From positions 1,184,001-1,248,000 of the forward strand of contig CAWJCS010000003.1 of assembly GCA_963841435.1 (NCBI GenBank): a stretch of DNA of 64,000 nt, in the 5' to 3' direction. Under the pieces are notes generated by a model. The model worked only from the letters and a program-made list of their open reading frames with translations. It was not told the DNA's origin and searched no databases. Numbering within the stretch: the stretch's first letter is position 1; each line of letters starts with the position of its first letter. Of this stretch, positions 47,518 through 55,946 are shown one piece after another. Origin of the DNA: an uncultured delta proteobacterium. GTDB lineage: Bacteria > Myxococcota_A > Polyangia > Polyangiales > Polyangiaceae. A program made the translations under genes and the position numbers.

Positions 47518-49056
47518 CTACGGCGCGGACGGTGCCGCGGTTGACCCCCCGCGCTCGCCGCAGGCGAGCAACGAAACCGCCCCGGAGCCGAGCGACCGCA
47601 CGCGGCGCGCCAGACGGATCTCGCCTTTCAACAGCGTCTCGAGCTCCGCGGGCGAGAGCGCGCCCGGCACCTTGCGACCGTTGACGAAGTAAGTGGGCGC
47701 GCCCGTCACACCGAGCTTGCGCGCCAGGGCGGCATCCGCGTCAACGGTGGCGTCGTGGGCGCCGTCTCGCGCGGGGCCGAGCAGCGCGTCGAGGTCGAGC
47801 CCGGCGCGCGACGCCGCTCGCTCGAGGCCGGCCTCGTCGGGCTTCATGCCCGTCTGCAGCAGCGTGTCGGCGAACGCCCAGAATCCCTTGTCGCCGCCCA
47901 CGCGACGCGCCTCGAGCGCGGCGTTCGCGAGGTAGCGCGCGAGCCGATGCTGCGGAAGCGGGAAATGCTTGAGCACGGCGCCAAGCTCGCCGGGGTGAGC
48001 CCGGAGCGCCCCGCGCAGTGCCTCGGCCCCCTGACGGCAGAGCTCGCATTCGAAGTCCGTGAACTCGACGACCGTGACGAGCGGCTCGGCGGCACCACGC
48101 CGGGCCGACTCGCCGACGGGCACGCAGGCGCGCACGGGCGGATCCTCGCCGAGGTTTACCAGGTTGTGCTCGGCGCGGGTTCGATAGAGCGCCGCCGGCG
48201 CAACGCCCGCCGCGAGCGTGAGGTACGCGGCGCCGAGCTCGCGATCGAGCACCTCGTCGAGCGCGGGCTTGGACGGGTGGCCGTCGAGGCGCACGCCGTT
48301 GACGAACGCCGTGGGCGTCTCGCGCACGAACAGGCTCGCGGCGAGCAGCTGGTCGGTGTCGAGCGCTTGCTTGACACTGGGCGCTGCGAGCTCCGCCGCC
48401 GTCGGCTCGAGCCCGACGGACGAGAGGGCGCGCTCGAGCTTGGACTTGTCGAGCGGGCCTGGCTCGCGCAGTAGCGCCGCGAGGGCGCGCCAGAACGCAG
48501 CGTCGCCTCGAGCGTTCTTGAGAGCGACGAGCACCTCCGCCGCGTGCTGCCCGAACGCGTGCTGGCTCAGCGGGTAGTGTCGGAACGAAAGCCTGAGGTC
48601 GTCGCCACGTCGCCGCTTCTCGGCGAGCACCGCGCGCAAAAGCGCCACGGAGTGTGGGCACTCGAGGTCCGCGAAGACGGTGAGCGTGAGCGCCATCGCG
48701 CTTTCGCCCCACACCGGGCTCGTCGCCGTGACCGGCAGGGGCGCCCGAGCGTCGTCGGGGGACGGTGGCTCGCTCCTGAAAGGCAGCGCGGCGCGCGGCG
48801 GCGGCCCGGGCGGCGGGGCCATGCTCGGCCCGACGGGGGGCGGCGGGGCGGGCGGTCGCAGCACCGGCGATGGCAGCGCAGCGACGGGCGTGGGCGCCGG
48901 GAGCCAGCGCTTGGCTGACCAATAGAGGTAGACGATACCCCCCACCATGACGACCGCGCCGAGCGTCAGGACGACGGCGCCCAGGAGGCGGCTGGGGCCG
49001 CGCGACACGGGGGGCTGGGCGCCGCCCGTGGTCGGCGACGGCGGTTGGCCGGACAT
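47518..49056 (-). CDS. Membrane-anchored tandem DsbA/thioredoxin-domain protein
   Basis: Two domains: FADLECPHS..RHYPL..TPTAFVNG and EFTDFECELC..KHFPL..GAPTYFVNG. Confidence 0.85.
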   Translation of the reverse strand: MSGQPPSPTTGGAQPPVSRGPSRLLGAVVLTLGAVVMVGGIVYLYWSAKRWLPAPTPVAALPSPVLRPPAPPPPVGPSMAPPPGPPPRAALPFRSEPPSPDDARAPLPVTATSPVWGESAMALTLTVFADLECPHSVALLRAVLAEKRRRGDDLRLSFRHYPLSQHAFGQHAAEVLVALKNARGDAAFWRALAALLREPGPLDKSKLERALSSVGLEPTAAELAAPSVKQALDTDQLLAASLFVRETPTAFVNGVRLDGHPSKPALDEVLDRELGAAYLTLAAGVAPAALYRTRAEHNLVNLGEDPPVRACVPVGESARRGAAEPLVTVVEFTDFECELCRQGAEALRGALRAHPGELGAVLKHFPLPQHRLARYLANAALEARRVGGDKGFWAFADTLLQTGMKPDEAGLERAASRAGLDLDALLGPARDGAHDATVDADAALARKLGVTGAPTYFVNGRKVPGALSPAELETLLKGEIRLARRVRSLGSGAVSLLACGERGGSTAAPSAP

Positions 49057-49188
49057 GCTCCACCCACCGTACCAGTCGATTGCCACTTTGGCAGCACGCG
49101 CCGCTTCCAGGACAGCGTGACCCGAGCGCGGCAACGGTGCAGCCGTTCGGAGCTGCGGCGGGCAGCGCTCGAACCAGCATTTGCCGGC

Positions 49189-49204
49189 TGGCACGCCCTG
49201 TGCT
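49189..49204 (+). promoter_or_regulatory. sigma54 (-24/-12) promoter
   Basis: TGGCACGCCCTGTGCT: GG-N10-GC with the full TGGCACG half-site, 14 nt before ATG 49219. Confidence 0.65.
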
Positions 49205-49218
49205 CAATAGCCAGGGCG

Positions 49219-50349
49219 ATGGTCCCCGGGCGCCTCACCCTGCTCGCCGCGACGCTGCTCGGGGCGTCCGTTTTGCCCGCGACCGCGCTGGCCCAGACGC
49301 TCACGCTGCCCGCCGGGACCCTCGGCGTGGTCCGCGACCACGACGACAGCACGCTGCCGCTCACGTACATCAATCACCAAAACTGCATCGACGACGAAAC
49401 GATCACCTTCCAGGTCACCGTCGAGAGCGGCCCGAGCAGCTCCTACTACCTCGAGGCGTGGGTGGGGTCGGCGTGCGAGACGCCGGCCAACCGAGTCGGC
49501 GCCGCCACGACCTGCCGCCGCCTCGCGAGCCAACCCTGGCAACGGGCGTCGAGCGTGCGCGTCCCGGTCCGCAGCATCATTTCAGGCGTCAACGTGACGT
49601 TGTCCGCGACGACCGAGACCGACGCGGATGCCGGCACTGACGCGGATGCCGGCACTGACGCCGACGCGGGCGCGACCGACGCCGGCACCGACGCGTCAGT
49701 CGCGGTGTGCGACGGCAGCGATCGCCCTGTGAAGTTCACGCTGTTCTTCTTGCTGGTCGACGGCAGCAACGCCGAGCCCGCGGGTTATGCGCCGACAAGC
49801 TGGAACGGGCAGTTCGATCTCAAGGGGCCTGCCGCTCCGTCGGGCGTGACCGCGGGCGTCGGCGAGAACACGCTCGTCGTGAGCTGGACGGCGCCGAGCG
49901 GCATCAACACCAGCGAGCTTCTCGAGTACCGGATCTTTTGCGACCCGCCGCCCGGAACGGACGCGACGAGCGGCTCCAGCGCGTGCCCCTCGCCGAACCT
50001 GCCGCCCGGCGGCGTGCCCGACGAAGCCTACTCGTGCGGCACGGCACCCGGGACCGCGACGAACGCCGAAACCGGCAGCCTGACCAACGGCGTCGAATAC
50101 ACCGTGGCCATCGCAGGTCGCGACTACTTTCACAACTACGGCGAGCTCTCGACCCCCGCCTGCAACACGCCGCAGGAGGTGACCGGGTTCTACGAGGCCT
50201 ACCGCGCCGCGGGCGGCCAAGCGGGCGGCGGCTTCTGCGCCATCCACGCTCGCCCGCGCCCGGTGCTCTCCGCGCTGTTCGCCCTCACGCTGCTCGGCCT
50301 CGTCGTCCGGCGCCGCAGCGCTCAGCGCCGGAGGGGGCCGCGAGCATGA
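49219..50349 (+). CDS. MYXO-CTERM-anchored surface protein with an FN3-like domain (MXAN_2561-like)
   Basis: Signal peptide, several Cys, FN3-like 'LVVSWTAP..LTNGVEYTVAI'; C-terminal GGGFC + TM + RRR. Confidence 0.75.
   Translation: MVPGRLTLLAATLLGASVLPATALAQTLTLPAGTLGVVRDHDDSTLPLTYINHQNCIDDETITFQVTVESGPSSSYYLEAWVGSACETPANRVGAATTCRRLASQPWQRASSVRVPVRSIISGVNVTLSATTETDADAGTDADAGTDADAGATDAGTDASVAVCDGSDRPVKFTLFFLLVDGSNAEPAGYAPTSWNGQFDLKGPAAPSGVTAGVGENTLVVSWTAPSGINTSELLEYRIFCDPPPGTDATSGSSACPSPNLPPGGVPDEAYSCGTAPGTATNAETGSLTNGVEYTVAIAGRDYFHNYGELSTPACNTPQEVTGFYEAYRAAGGQAGGGFCAIHARPRPVLSALFALTLLGLVVRRRSAQRRRGPRA
49621..49695 (+). repeat. 18-bp tandem repeat (DADAGT), 2 perfect copies plus degenerate copies
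   Basis: GACGCGGATGCCGGCACT at 49621 and 49639, followed by degenerate units. Confidence 0.85.
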
Positions 50350-51110
50350 GGCTCGGTCCGGCCTTGGGCGCGCTAACGGCGCTCGCGCTCGGTCCGCTTC
50401 TGGGCACGGCGCGCGCGCAGGGCATGGATGAGTTCGGCGCGTACGGCGATCTGCAGACTCGCGGCCGCACCCGCTCACCCCAGGAGATCGCGTTCGAAGC
50501 ACGCTTCGGTCAGTACCCAACGCGCATCGACGACGGGGTGGCCGGCAGCCCCTACAGCGACACCTTCGGCACGAAGAAGCGCTGGCAGGGCGGCGCCGAG
50601 CTCGATTGGCAGATCTTCCGGATCAAAAACACTCTGAGCCTCGGTCCCGGCATCGGCTTTGCCCTCACGAACGCCACGGCCAAGGCCCCGCTCGCGGACG
50701 GCACGGGGGACTCCGCTCAGAACACCAAGCTCAACATCCTGCCCTTCTTCGGGGTCGCCGTGCTGCGCCTCGACGCCCTCGCCGACCGCACGGTCGTGCC
50801 GATCGCGCCGTACGCGAAGCTCGGCTTCGGCTACGCGCTCTGGTGGTCCGTCGACGGGGAGAAGTCCGCGCACGCCAACGGCATCGTCGGGCGCGACACC
50901 TCGTACGGCTTCGTCACCGCGCTAGGGCTCGTCGTGCGCCTCGACTGGCTCGACCCCGCCGACGCCGCCGCCGCCGACGCGGCCATCGGGCTCAACCATT
51001 CCGGGCTCTTCGCCGAATGGTTCCACGCCGATCTCGGAGGCTTGGGTGCGAAGAGCGTCATGGACGTCGGCACGAGCACCTGGGTCGCGGGCCTGACGCT
51101 CGAGATGTGA
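50346..51110 (+). CDS. Outer-membrane beta-barrel protein (MXAN_2562-like)
   Basis: Signal peptide, alternating beta strands, PYAKLG, LDWLDP..AA..D..IGLNH; ATGA coupling to the upstream gene. Confidence 0.75.
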   Translation: MRLGPALGALTALALGPLLGTARAQGMDEFGAYGDLQTRGRTRSPQEIAFEARFGQYPTRIDDGVAGSPYSDTFGTKKRWQGGAELDWQIFRIKNTLSLGPGIGFALTNATAKAPLADGTGDSAQNTKLNILPFFGVAVLRLDALADRTVVPIAPYAKLGFGYALWWSVDGEKSAHANGIVGRDTSYGFVTALGLVVRLDWLDPADAAAADAAIGLNHSGLFAEWFHADLGGLGAKSVMDVGTSTWVAGLTLEM

Positions 51111-51190
51111 CGCCCAGTCGGCGCGGACGCCTCACGCGGGCGGACGCGGGGCAGCTCGGCGAAAGCTCGCCACGCCGACTTTCGGGCCGC

Positions 51191-52027
51191 TCAGCGGGCG
51201 CGCAGCAGGCGGTCGATGTGCTTCTGCTCCCACGCGATCGCCCGTTCGTACTGGGCGAACTCCCGCTCTCGGCGCAAGAGCTCCGGCGGGTGAACGCCGG
51301 CCGACGTGAACGGAATCAGGTGGTGCAAAAGCTCGTGGTAGACGATGTAGGCCACGAAGTAGCGGGGGACCCAGCTGCGGTCGAGCGCCGGGTGGATGCG
51401 CACGAGCCGCTCGGTGGCGCTGTAGCTGCCAAGCTTGATGGTACGCCGCGCCTCCCCGCGGGGCGTCGTCCGCCGCCCCCAGGTGATGAGGACATCGCCC
51501 ACGGCAGCCGGGAAGTAACGCCCCCCCACGTCGGCAAGGATGGCCCCGAGGTCATGAGCGCGCCCCCGCGTGGAAAGCGGCCACGTCACCGGCTGGGAGG
51601 CACGGATACGGTGTTGATTTTGTTCGATGAACTCGCCGACAACCTGGGACGCCCGACGCTCCCCGCGCACGACGTACTCGACGAGGGCCTGACGCACGCG
51701 TTCCGGCGCGCCCAAAAACATCATGTGGACGCGGACCCGCAGCGTCCCCCGAACGCGGGTCCGCGAGACCATGCGCCGCAGGTTGTCCGTGACCGCGAGC
51801 TGCACCGGACCCTGGAAGGCAAGGCCGAGGCGCCGCTCGAGCGCCTGACGCGCCCCCTCGTGAATGAAGATGCGGGGACCGATGTAGGACGCGCGCGCCC
51901 CGAGCTCACGCCCGTGCGGGATGCGGAGCGCGGCCATCGACATGCGTGGCGCCAACGCGCGGCTAGCCGCCCGCCCAAGCCGCTTGGGCGGAGCGAAAAG
52001 CCAGGAGGTGGGGAGCTCTGCAGACAC
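51191..52027 (-). CDS. SprT/YgjP-like zinc metallopeptidase-domain protein
   Basis: ITWG, KLGSY, IHPALD..VP.YFV.YIVYHELLH, then H..E..RE..F; start uncertain. Confidence 0.75.
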   Translation of the reverse strand: MSAELPTSWLFAPPKRLGRAASRALAPRMSMAALRIPHGRELGARASYIGPRIFIHEGARQALERRLGLAFQGPVQLAVTDNLRRMVSRTRVRGTLRVRVHMMFLGAPERVRQALVEYVVRGERRASQVVGEFIEQNQHRIRASQPVTWPLSTRGRAHDLGAILADVGGRYFPAAVGDVLITWGRRTTPRGEARRTIKLGSYSATERLVRIHPALDRSWVPRYFVAYIVYHELLHHLIPFTSAGVHPPELLRREREFAQYERAIAWEQKHIDRLLRAR

Positions 52028-52058
52028 GGTGACGTTCGCTCGCGGGTCTCGAAATCTC

Positions 52059-52110
52059 GACCTAAGAGACCGGATCCGGTCCGTCAAGAAAAGCAAATAA
52101 CAACAAATAT
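52059..52110 (-). promoter_or_regulatory. sigma70-type promoter TTGACG-N17-TAGGTC with a perfect 14-bp palindrome in the spacer and an AT-rich UP-like tract
   Basis: -35 at 52087-52082, -10 at 52064-52059, palindrome GACCGGATCCGGTC at 52068-52081, A/T tract at about 52086-52110. Confidence 0.7.
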
Positions 52111-52133
52111 TCCCGCAGGTTACCGGGAAAAAC

Positions 52134-52296
52134 CTCGTGGAGCATGGAGAGCCGCCTAAGTACCCGTGGCCTCATCGCTTCCAGGAGTCGGCCGCTCGGC
52201 TGCTGGGAAATTCCTGCCCTGGGGTGCCCTGACCCCACCGGCCCCCAGGAAGTCCCCAGGTGGGCCCCAGACGGGCTTCAGTGGCTCGCCGCGGGC
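52134..52296 (+). ncRNA. Candidate structured non-coding RNA (long irregular hairpin)
   Basis: Nested helices paired by eye, with G.U wobbles favouring the + strand; family not recognised. Confidence 0.4.
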
Positions 52297-52375
52297 TCTC
52301 CGATGGGCGCAACCGAGCGCCGGCCGCGCACGGCGAGAGCCGCACACGGACCGCACGCTCGGCCCCCGCGCGTGA

Positions 52376-53524
52376 TCAGCTCGGGCGCGCTGGCTGCGGC
52401 GACCGCGGTGATTTGGCCGACCCGTTCGCCGCGGGCCGCGCGGGCTCGGCCTCACCTTTTCCCGGCGGCGTGCCCTGGGCGGCCGGTGCAGCCGCCGGCT
52501 CTCCGGCCCTCTTGATGCCGCTGGCCACCAGTACCTTCTGCTCGAGCGTGTCGAGTAAGGCGGGGTGCTGCTCGAGGTAGCCGCGAGCGTTGTCGCGACC
52601 CTGGCCGATGCGCTCGCCGTCGAGCGAGAACCAAGACCCGCTCTTTTGCACGATGTTCAAATCCGACGCCATATCGAGGATTTCGCCCGAGCGGCTCACG
52701 CCCTGCCCGTAGAGGATGTCGAACTCGACTTCGCGGAATGGCGCCGCGAGCTTGTTCTTCACGACCTTCACGCGCGTGCGGTTGCCGACGACGACCATAT
52801 CCTTGCCGGGAGGCCCGGCTTCCTTGATGGCGCCGATGCGACGTACGTCGAGGCGCACCGAGGCATAGAACTTGAGAGCGTTGCCGCCCGACGTCGTCTC
52901 GGGGCTGCCGAACATCACGCCGATTTTCATGCGGATCTGATTGGTAAAGAAGATCAGACACTGAGAGCGCGACACCGAGCCCGTCACCTTGCGGAGCGCC
53001 TGACTCATCAGACGCGCCTGCAGCCCGACGTGCGAGTCACCCATGTCGCCTTCGATCTCGGCCTTGGGAACCAGCGCCGCCACCGAGTCGATCACGACCA
53101 TGTCGACCGCGCCGGAGCGCACCAGCATGTCCGCGATCTCGAGTGCTTGCTCGCCGTAGTCGGGCTGGCTGATGAGAAGCTCGTCCGTCTTCACGCCGAG
53201 CTTCTTCGCGTAGGTCACGTCGAGGGCGTGCTCGGCGTCGATGAACGCGGCGACGCCGCCTCGCCGCTGGACGCTGGCGATGGCGTGCAGCGTCAGCGTC
53301 GTTTTGCCGCTGGATTCCGGCCCATAGACCTCGATGATGCGGCCCCGAGGATAGCCACCGATGCCGAGGGCGATGTCGAGGCCGAGCGAGCCCGAGGGGA
53401 CCACCGGGACGTCGCCGCCGATCTTCTCGCCATCCTTGAGGCGCATGATGGCGCCCTCCCCGAACTCCTTTTGCACGCCTGCGATGGCAAGCTCGAGGGC
53501 CTTGCTCTTCTGCTTTTCCTCCAT
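52376..53524 (-). CDS. recA: Recombinase RecA
   Basis: [69 protein letters not shown]. Confidence 0.99.
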   Translation of the reverse strand: MEEKQKSKALELAIAGVQKEFGEGAIMRLKDGEKIGGDVPVVPSGSLGLDIALGIGGYPRGRIIEVYGPESSGKTTLTLHAIASVQRRGGVAAFIDAEHALDVTYAKKLGVKTDELLISQPDYGEQALEIADMLVRSGAVDMVVIDSVAALVPKAEIEGDMGDSHVGLQARLMSQALRKVTGSVSRSQCLIFFTNQIRMKIGVMFGSPETTSGGNALKFYASVRLDVRRIGAIKEAGPPGKDMVVVGNRTRVKVVKNKLAAPFREVEFDILYGQGVSRSGEILDMASDLNIVQKSGSWFSLDGERIGQGRDNARGYLEQHPALLDTLEQKVLVASGIKRAGEPAAAPAAQGTPPGKGEAEPARPAANGSAKSPRSPQPARPS

Positions 53525-53617
53525 GGGACGACCTCGTGTGCCCGCTCGGGGGCGCTTGGGGAAACCCTGACAGCCCGACGCAGGGACTGGCGGTGGGCCT
53601 CCAACTAGGTGGCACAA

Positions 53618-53646
53618 CGGATACTGTGCGGCTGTTCAGATGTCAA
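53618..53646 (-). promoter_or_regulatory. recA promoter (TTGACA-N17-TATCCG) with a LexA/SOS-like box filling the spacer
   Basis: CTGTGCGGCTGTTCAGA at 53624-53640 (+ strand) lies between -35 (53646-53641) and -10 (53623-53618). Confidence 0.7.
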
Positions 53647-53698
53647 GAAGCCCGGGGCTCCTCCCCGGTCATTCTCTGGCCGTGCTGGCCCCGAGTCC

Positions 53699-53738
53699 TT
53701 GACCTATCGATCGATAGAATTAGACTATCGATCGATAG
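53699..53738 (+). promoter_or_regulatory. Promoter TTGACC-N16-TAGACT overlapped by two identical palindromes CTATCGATCGATAG (putative TetR operators)
   Basis: Palindromes at 53704-53717 and 53725-53738; GGAGAAAGG SD-like sequence follows before ATG 53751. Confidence 0.85.
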
Positions 53739-53750
53739 GAGAAAGGCCCC

Positions 53751-54044
53751 ATGACCCCTTCCCGTGACACCAAGGTTTTCTATCCGGTCCGCGCCATCGT
53801 GGCCGTCGCGCTCGCCGCGCTCGTCGTGCTTTTGGAGCTCGTCGCGTTCTCGTCGCTCATCATGCCGCTCTTCCCGCTCGTCCCCGTGTTCGTCGCCGTC
53901 ATGCTCGGCAACGCGCTCTGGGTCGCTCACGTGGTTCACTGGGCCGCTTCCCTCGGCCGGCGCGAGCCGCTAAGGAAGATCGGTGTCGAGGCCGCGAGCC
54001 ATGAGACCGCGCCCGCCGCCCGGACCCAAGCGCACGCCGCGTGA
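53751..54044 (+). CDS. Small two-TM membrane protein
   Basis: Good SD and promoter; two hydrophobic segments. Confidence 0.75.
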   Translation: MTPSRDTKVFYPVRAIVAVALAALVVLLELVAFSSLIMPLFPLVPVFVAVMLGNALWVAHVVHWAASLGRREPLRKIGVEAASHETAPAARTQAHAA

Positions 54045-54633
54045 TCCGCGGCCGCCCGCGCGGCGAGAGGAGGTGCTCGAGGCGGGCCTCGAGCTCGTCG
54101 CCGAGCGCGGCGTCGCCGGAGCCTCGCTCCGGCGCCTCGCCGAGAAGCTCGGCATGAGCCAGCCGAGCCTCTATCACTACTTTCGCAGCAAGGACGACCT
54201 CATCACGCAGATCGTCGAGCACTCGACGACGCGCATGCTGGGCGCGGGCGATGCCCGGAGCGCGCCGGCGCGCGTCGAGGATCTGCCCCGCTTCGTCAAG
54301 GACGGCGTGCTCGGGCTCTACGCCAGCGAAAGTCACCCGCGCTTCGTGCGCTTCTTGTTCCTCGTGGCCATCGAGAGCAAAAAGCACCGCCCGGTCATCG
54401 AGCGCATGTTCGAGGAGCGCCTCAACCCCTCGTTTTCCGCGCTGGCGCAGGCCTTCGCGAAGGACCCTCGCGAGCGCGAGCAGCTCAGGCAGGTGCTGCG
54501 CATGATCGTCTACTCCGTCGGCTTCATGCTGCTCGACGAGCGGGCCTTGCGGCGCCACGCGCAAGCGAGCGCCGACACGCTCGCCTACGCCGAGTGGGCG
54601 GTGACGGCCGGGGAGCGGCTGCTCGCCCGCTGA
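54001..54633 (+). CDS. TetR/AcrR family transcriptional regulator
   Basis: RREEVLEAGLELVAERGVAGASLRRLAEKLGMSQPSLYHYFRSKDDL. Confidence 0.93.
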   Translation: MRPRPPPGPKRTPRDPRPPARREEVLEAGLELVAERGVAGASLRRLAEKLGMSQPSLYHYFRSKDDLITQIVEHSTTRMLGAGDARSAPARVEDLPRFVKDGVLGLYASESHPRFVRFLFLVAIESKKHRPVIERMFEERLNPSFSALAQAFAKDPREREQLRQVLRMIVYSVGFMLLDERALRRHAQASADTLAYAEWAVTAGERLLAR

Positions 54634-54652
54634 GGCGTGCCCGCGCGCGTCG

Positions 54653-55885
54653 TCACTCGTCGGCGTCCGACTGGCTGATGCGGCGAACCTCGACGCGCTC
54701 GGCGCGGCGCGCGCCCGCGCGCAGCACCGTGTAGCGAAAGTTGCCCTGCTCGACGCTGTCACCGACGCGCGGCACGCGTCCCACGAGCTCGGCGACGAAG
54801 CCCGCCATGGTGACGCTCTCGGTCTCCTCCTCGATGCCGAGCAGCTCGAACACCTTGCGCGTCTCGGCGAGCCCCCTGCAGACGAGCACGTCCGCCGACC
54901 GTCGCACGATGGTCGGATCGACGCGATCGCTCTCGTCCTCGATCTCCCCGACAATCTCCTCGAGCACGTCTTCGAGCGTCACGATGCCCTGCGCCCCGCC
55001 GTACTCGTCGACGATCAGCGCGAGGTGGCGGCGCTCCTCCTGGAACGTCCTGAGGAGCCGTTCGAGCGGCGCGCTCGAGGGGACGACGAGGATGGGGGTC
55101 GAGAGATCGGACAGATCCGTCGAGCCTTTTTCGCGCAGACGAAAGAGCAGGTCCTTCACGAGAACCACGCCCTTCACGCTGTCGAGCTCGCCGTCCGGCG
55201 TGTAGGGGAAGCGGCTGTGCCCCGAGCGGCGCGCCACCTCGAGGTTCTCCTCGAGATCGAGCGCACCCGAAAGCACCACGACGAGCGCGCGTGGGACCAT
55301 CACGTCGTACGCCGTGAGCTCGCGCAGTCGCGCGGCGCCCTCGATCATGTCGGCGAGGCGGGTGCCGAGCGCACCCTCGGAGCGGCCGACGGCGACGAGC
55401 AGGCGGATTTCCTCCATCGAGGTCACGGGGGCCACGACGCCCCCGCGTACGAGCCGCGCGAACAGGTTCGTGATCCAGAGCAACGGCCGCAGGATGAACA
55501 CGAGCCCCGAGACGCCGTAGGCGACGGGCGGGGCAAACTCCTTGGCGAAGGTGACGCCGAGCGTCTTCGGCACGATCTCCGAGAAAATCAGCACGAGGAT
55601 CGTGAACACGAGCGAGAACACCCAGAGCGTCCCCGCGCCGAACAAGTCGACGTAGATCGCGCCGCTCACGGACGCGCCCACGGTGTGCGCGACGGTATGG
55701 AAAGCGACGATCGCGGCGATCGGCAGGTCGATCTCGCGCTTGTAGTGGGACAAGAGCCGCGCCGCGCCCGTCTTGCCGAGCGACTGGATCTGCGCGTGCG
55801 TGAGGCTGAGGATCACCGCCTCGGCGACCGAGCACACGAAGGACACGGCGAGCGACCAGAGCACGGTCGCGACTAGGGTCACCAC
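54653..55885 (-). CDS. Hemolysin-family CNNM/CBS/CorC-HlyC protein
   Basis: SEIVPKTLG, DVMVPR, GHSRFP, VDEYGG..GIVTLEDVLEEIVGEIEDE. Confidence 0.93.
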   Translation of the reverse strand: MVTLVATVLWSLAVSFVCSVAEAVILSLTHAQIQSLGKTGAARLLSHYKREIDLPIAAIVAFHTVAHTVGASVSGAIYVDLFGAGTLWVFSLVFTILVLIFSEIVPKTLGVTFAKEFAPPVAYGVSGLVFILRPLLWITNLFARLVRGGVVAPVTSMEEIRLLVAVGRSEGALGTRLADMIEGAARLRELTAYDVMVPRALVVVLSGALDLEENLEVARRSGHSRFPYTPDGELDSVKGVVLVKDLLFRLREKGSTDLSDLSTPILVVPSSAPLERLLRTFQEERRHLALIVDEYGGAQGIVTLEDVLEEIVGEIEDESDRVDPTIVRRSADVLVCRGLAETRKVFELLGIEEETESVTMAGFVAELVGRVPRVGDSVEQGNFRYTVLRAGARRAERVEVRRISQSDADE

Positions 55886-55946
55886 GGCCGGACCTCGTCG
55901 GCGCGCGCAGGGCGCACCCTCCGACCTCCCTCGGAACCCGGGTGCT

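Noticed and set aside
51116-51180. Inverted repeat AGTCGGCG...CGCCGACT with an inner hairpin between convergent genes
   Set aside because: It is short and GC-rich with no convincing U-tract; it could be a terminator or chance.
52134-52296. Identification as SRP RNA, tmRNA, RNase P or canonical 6S
   Set aside because: It lacks a properly paired SRP GGAA-tetraloop domain, tRNA-like ends and a clear symmetric central bubble, so it is left unassigned.
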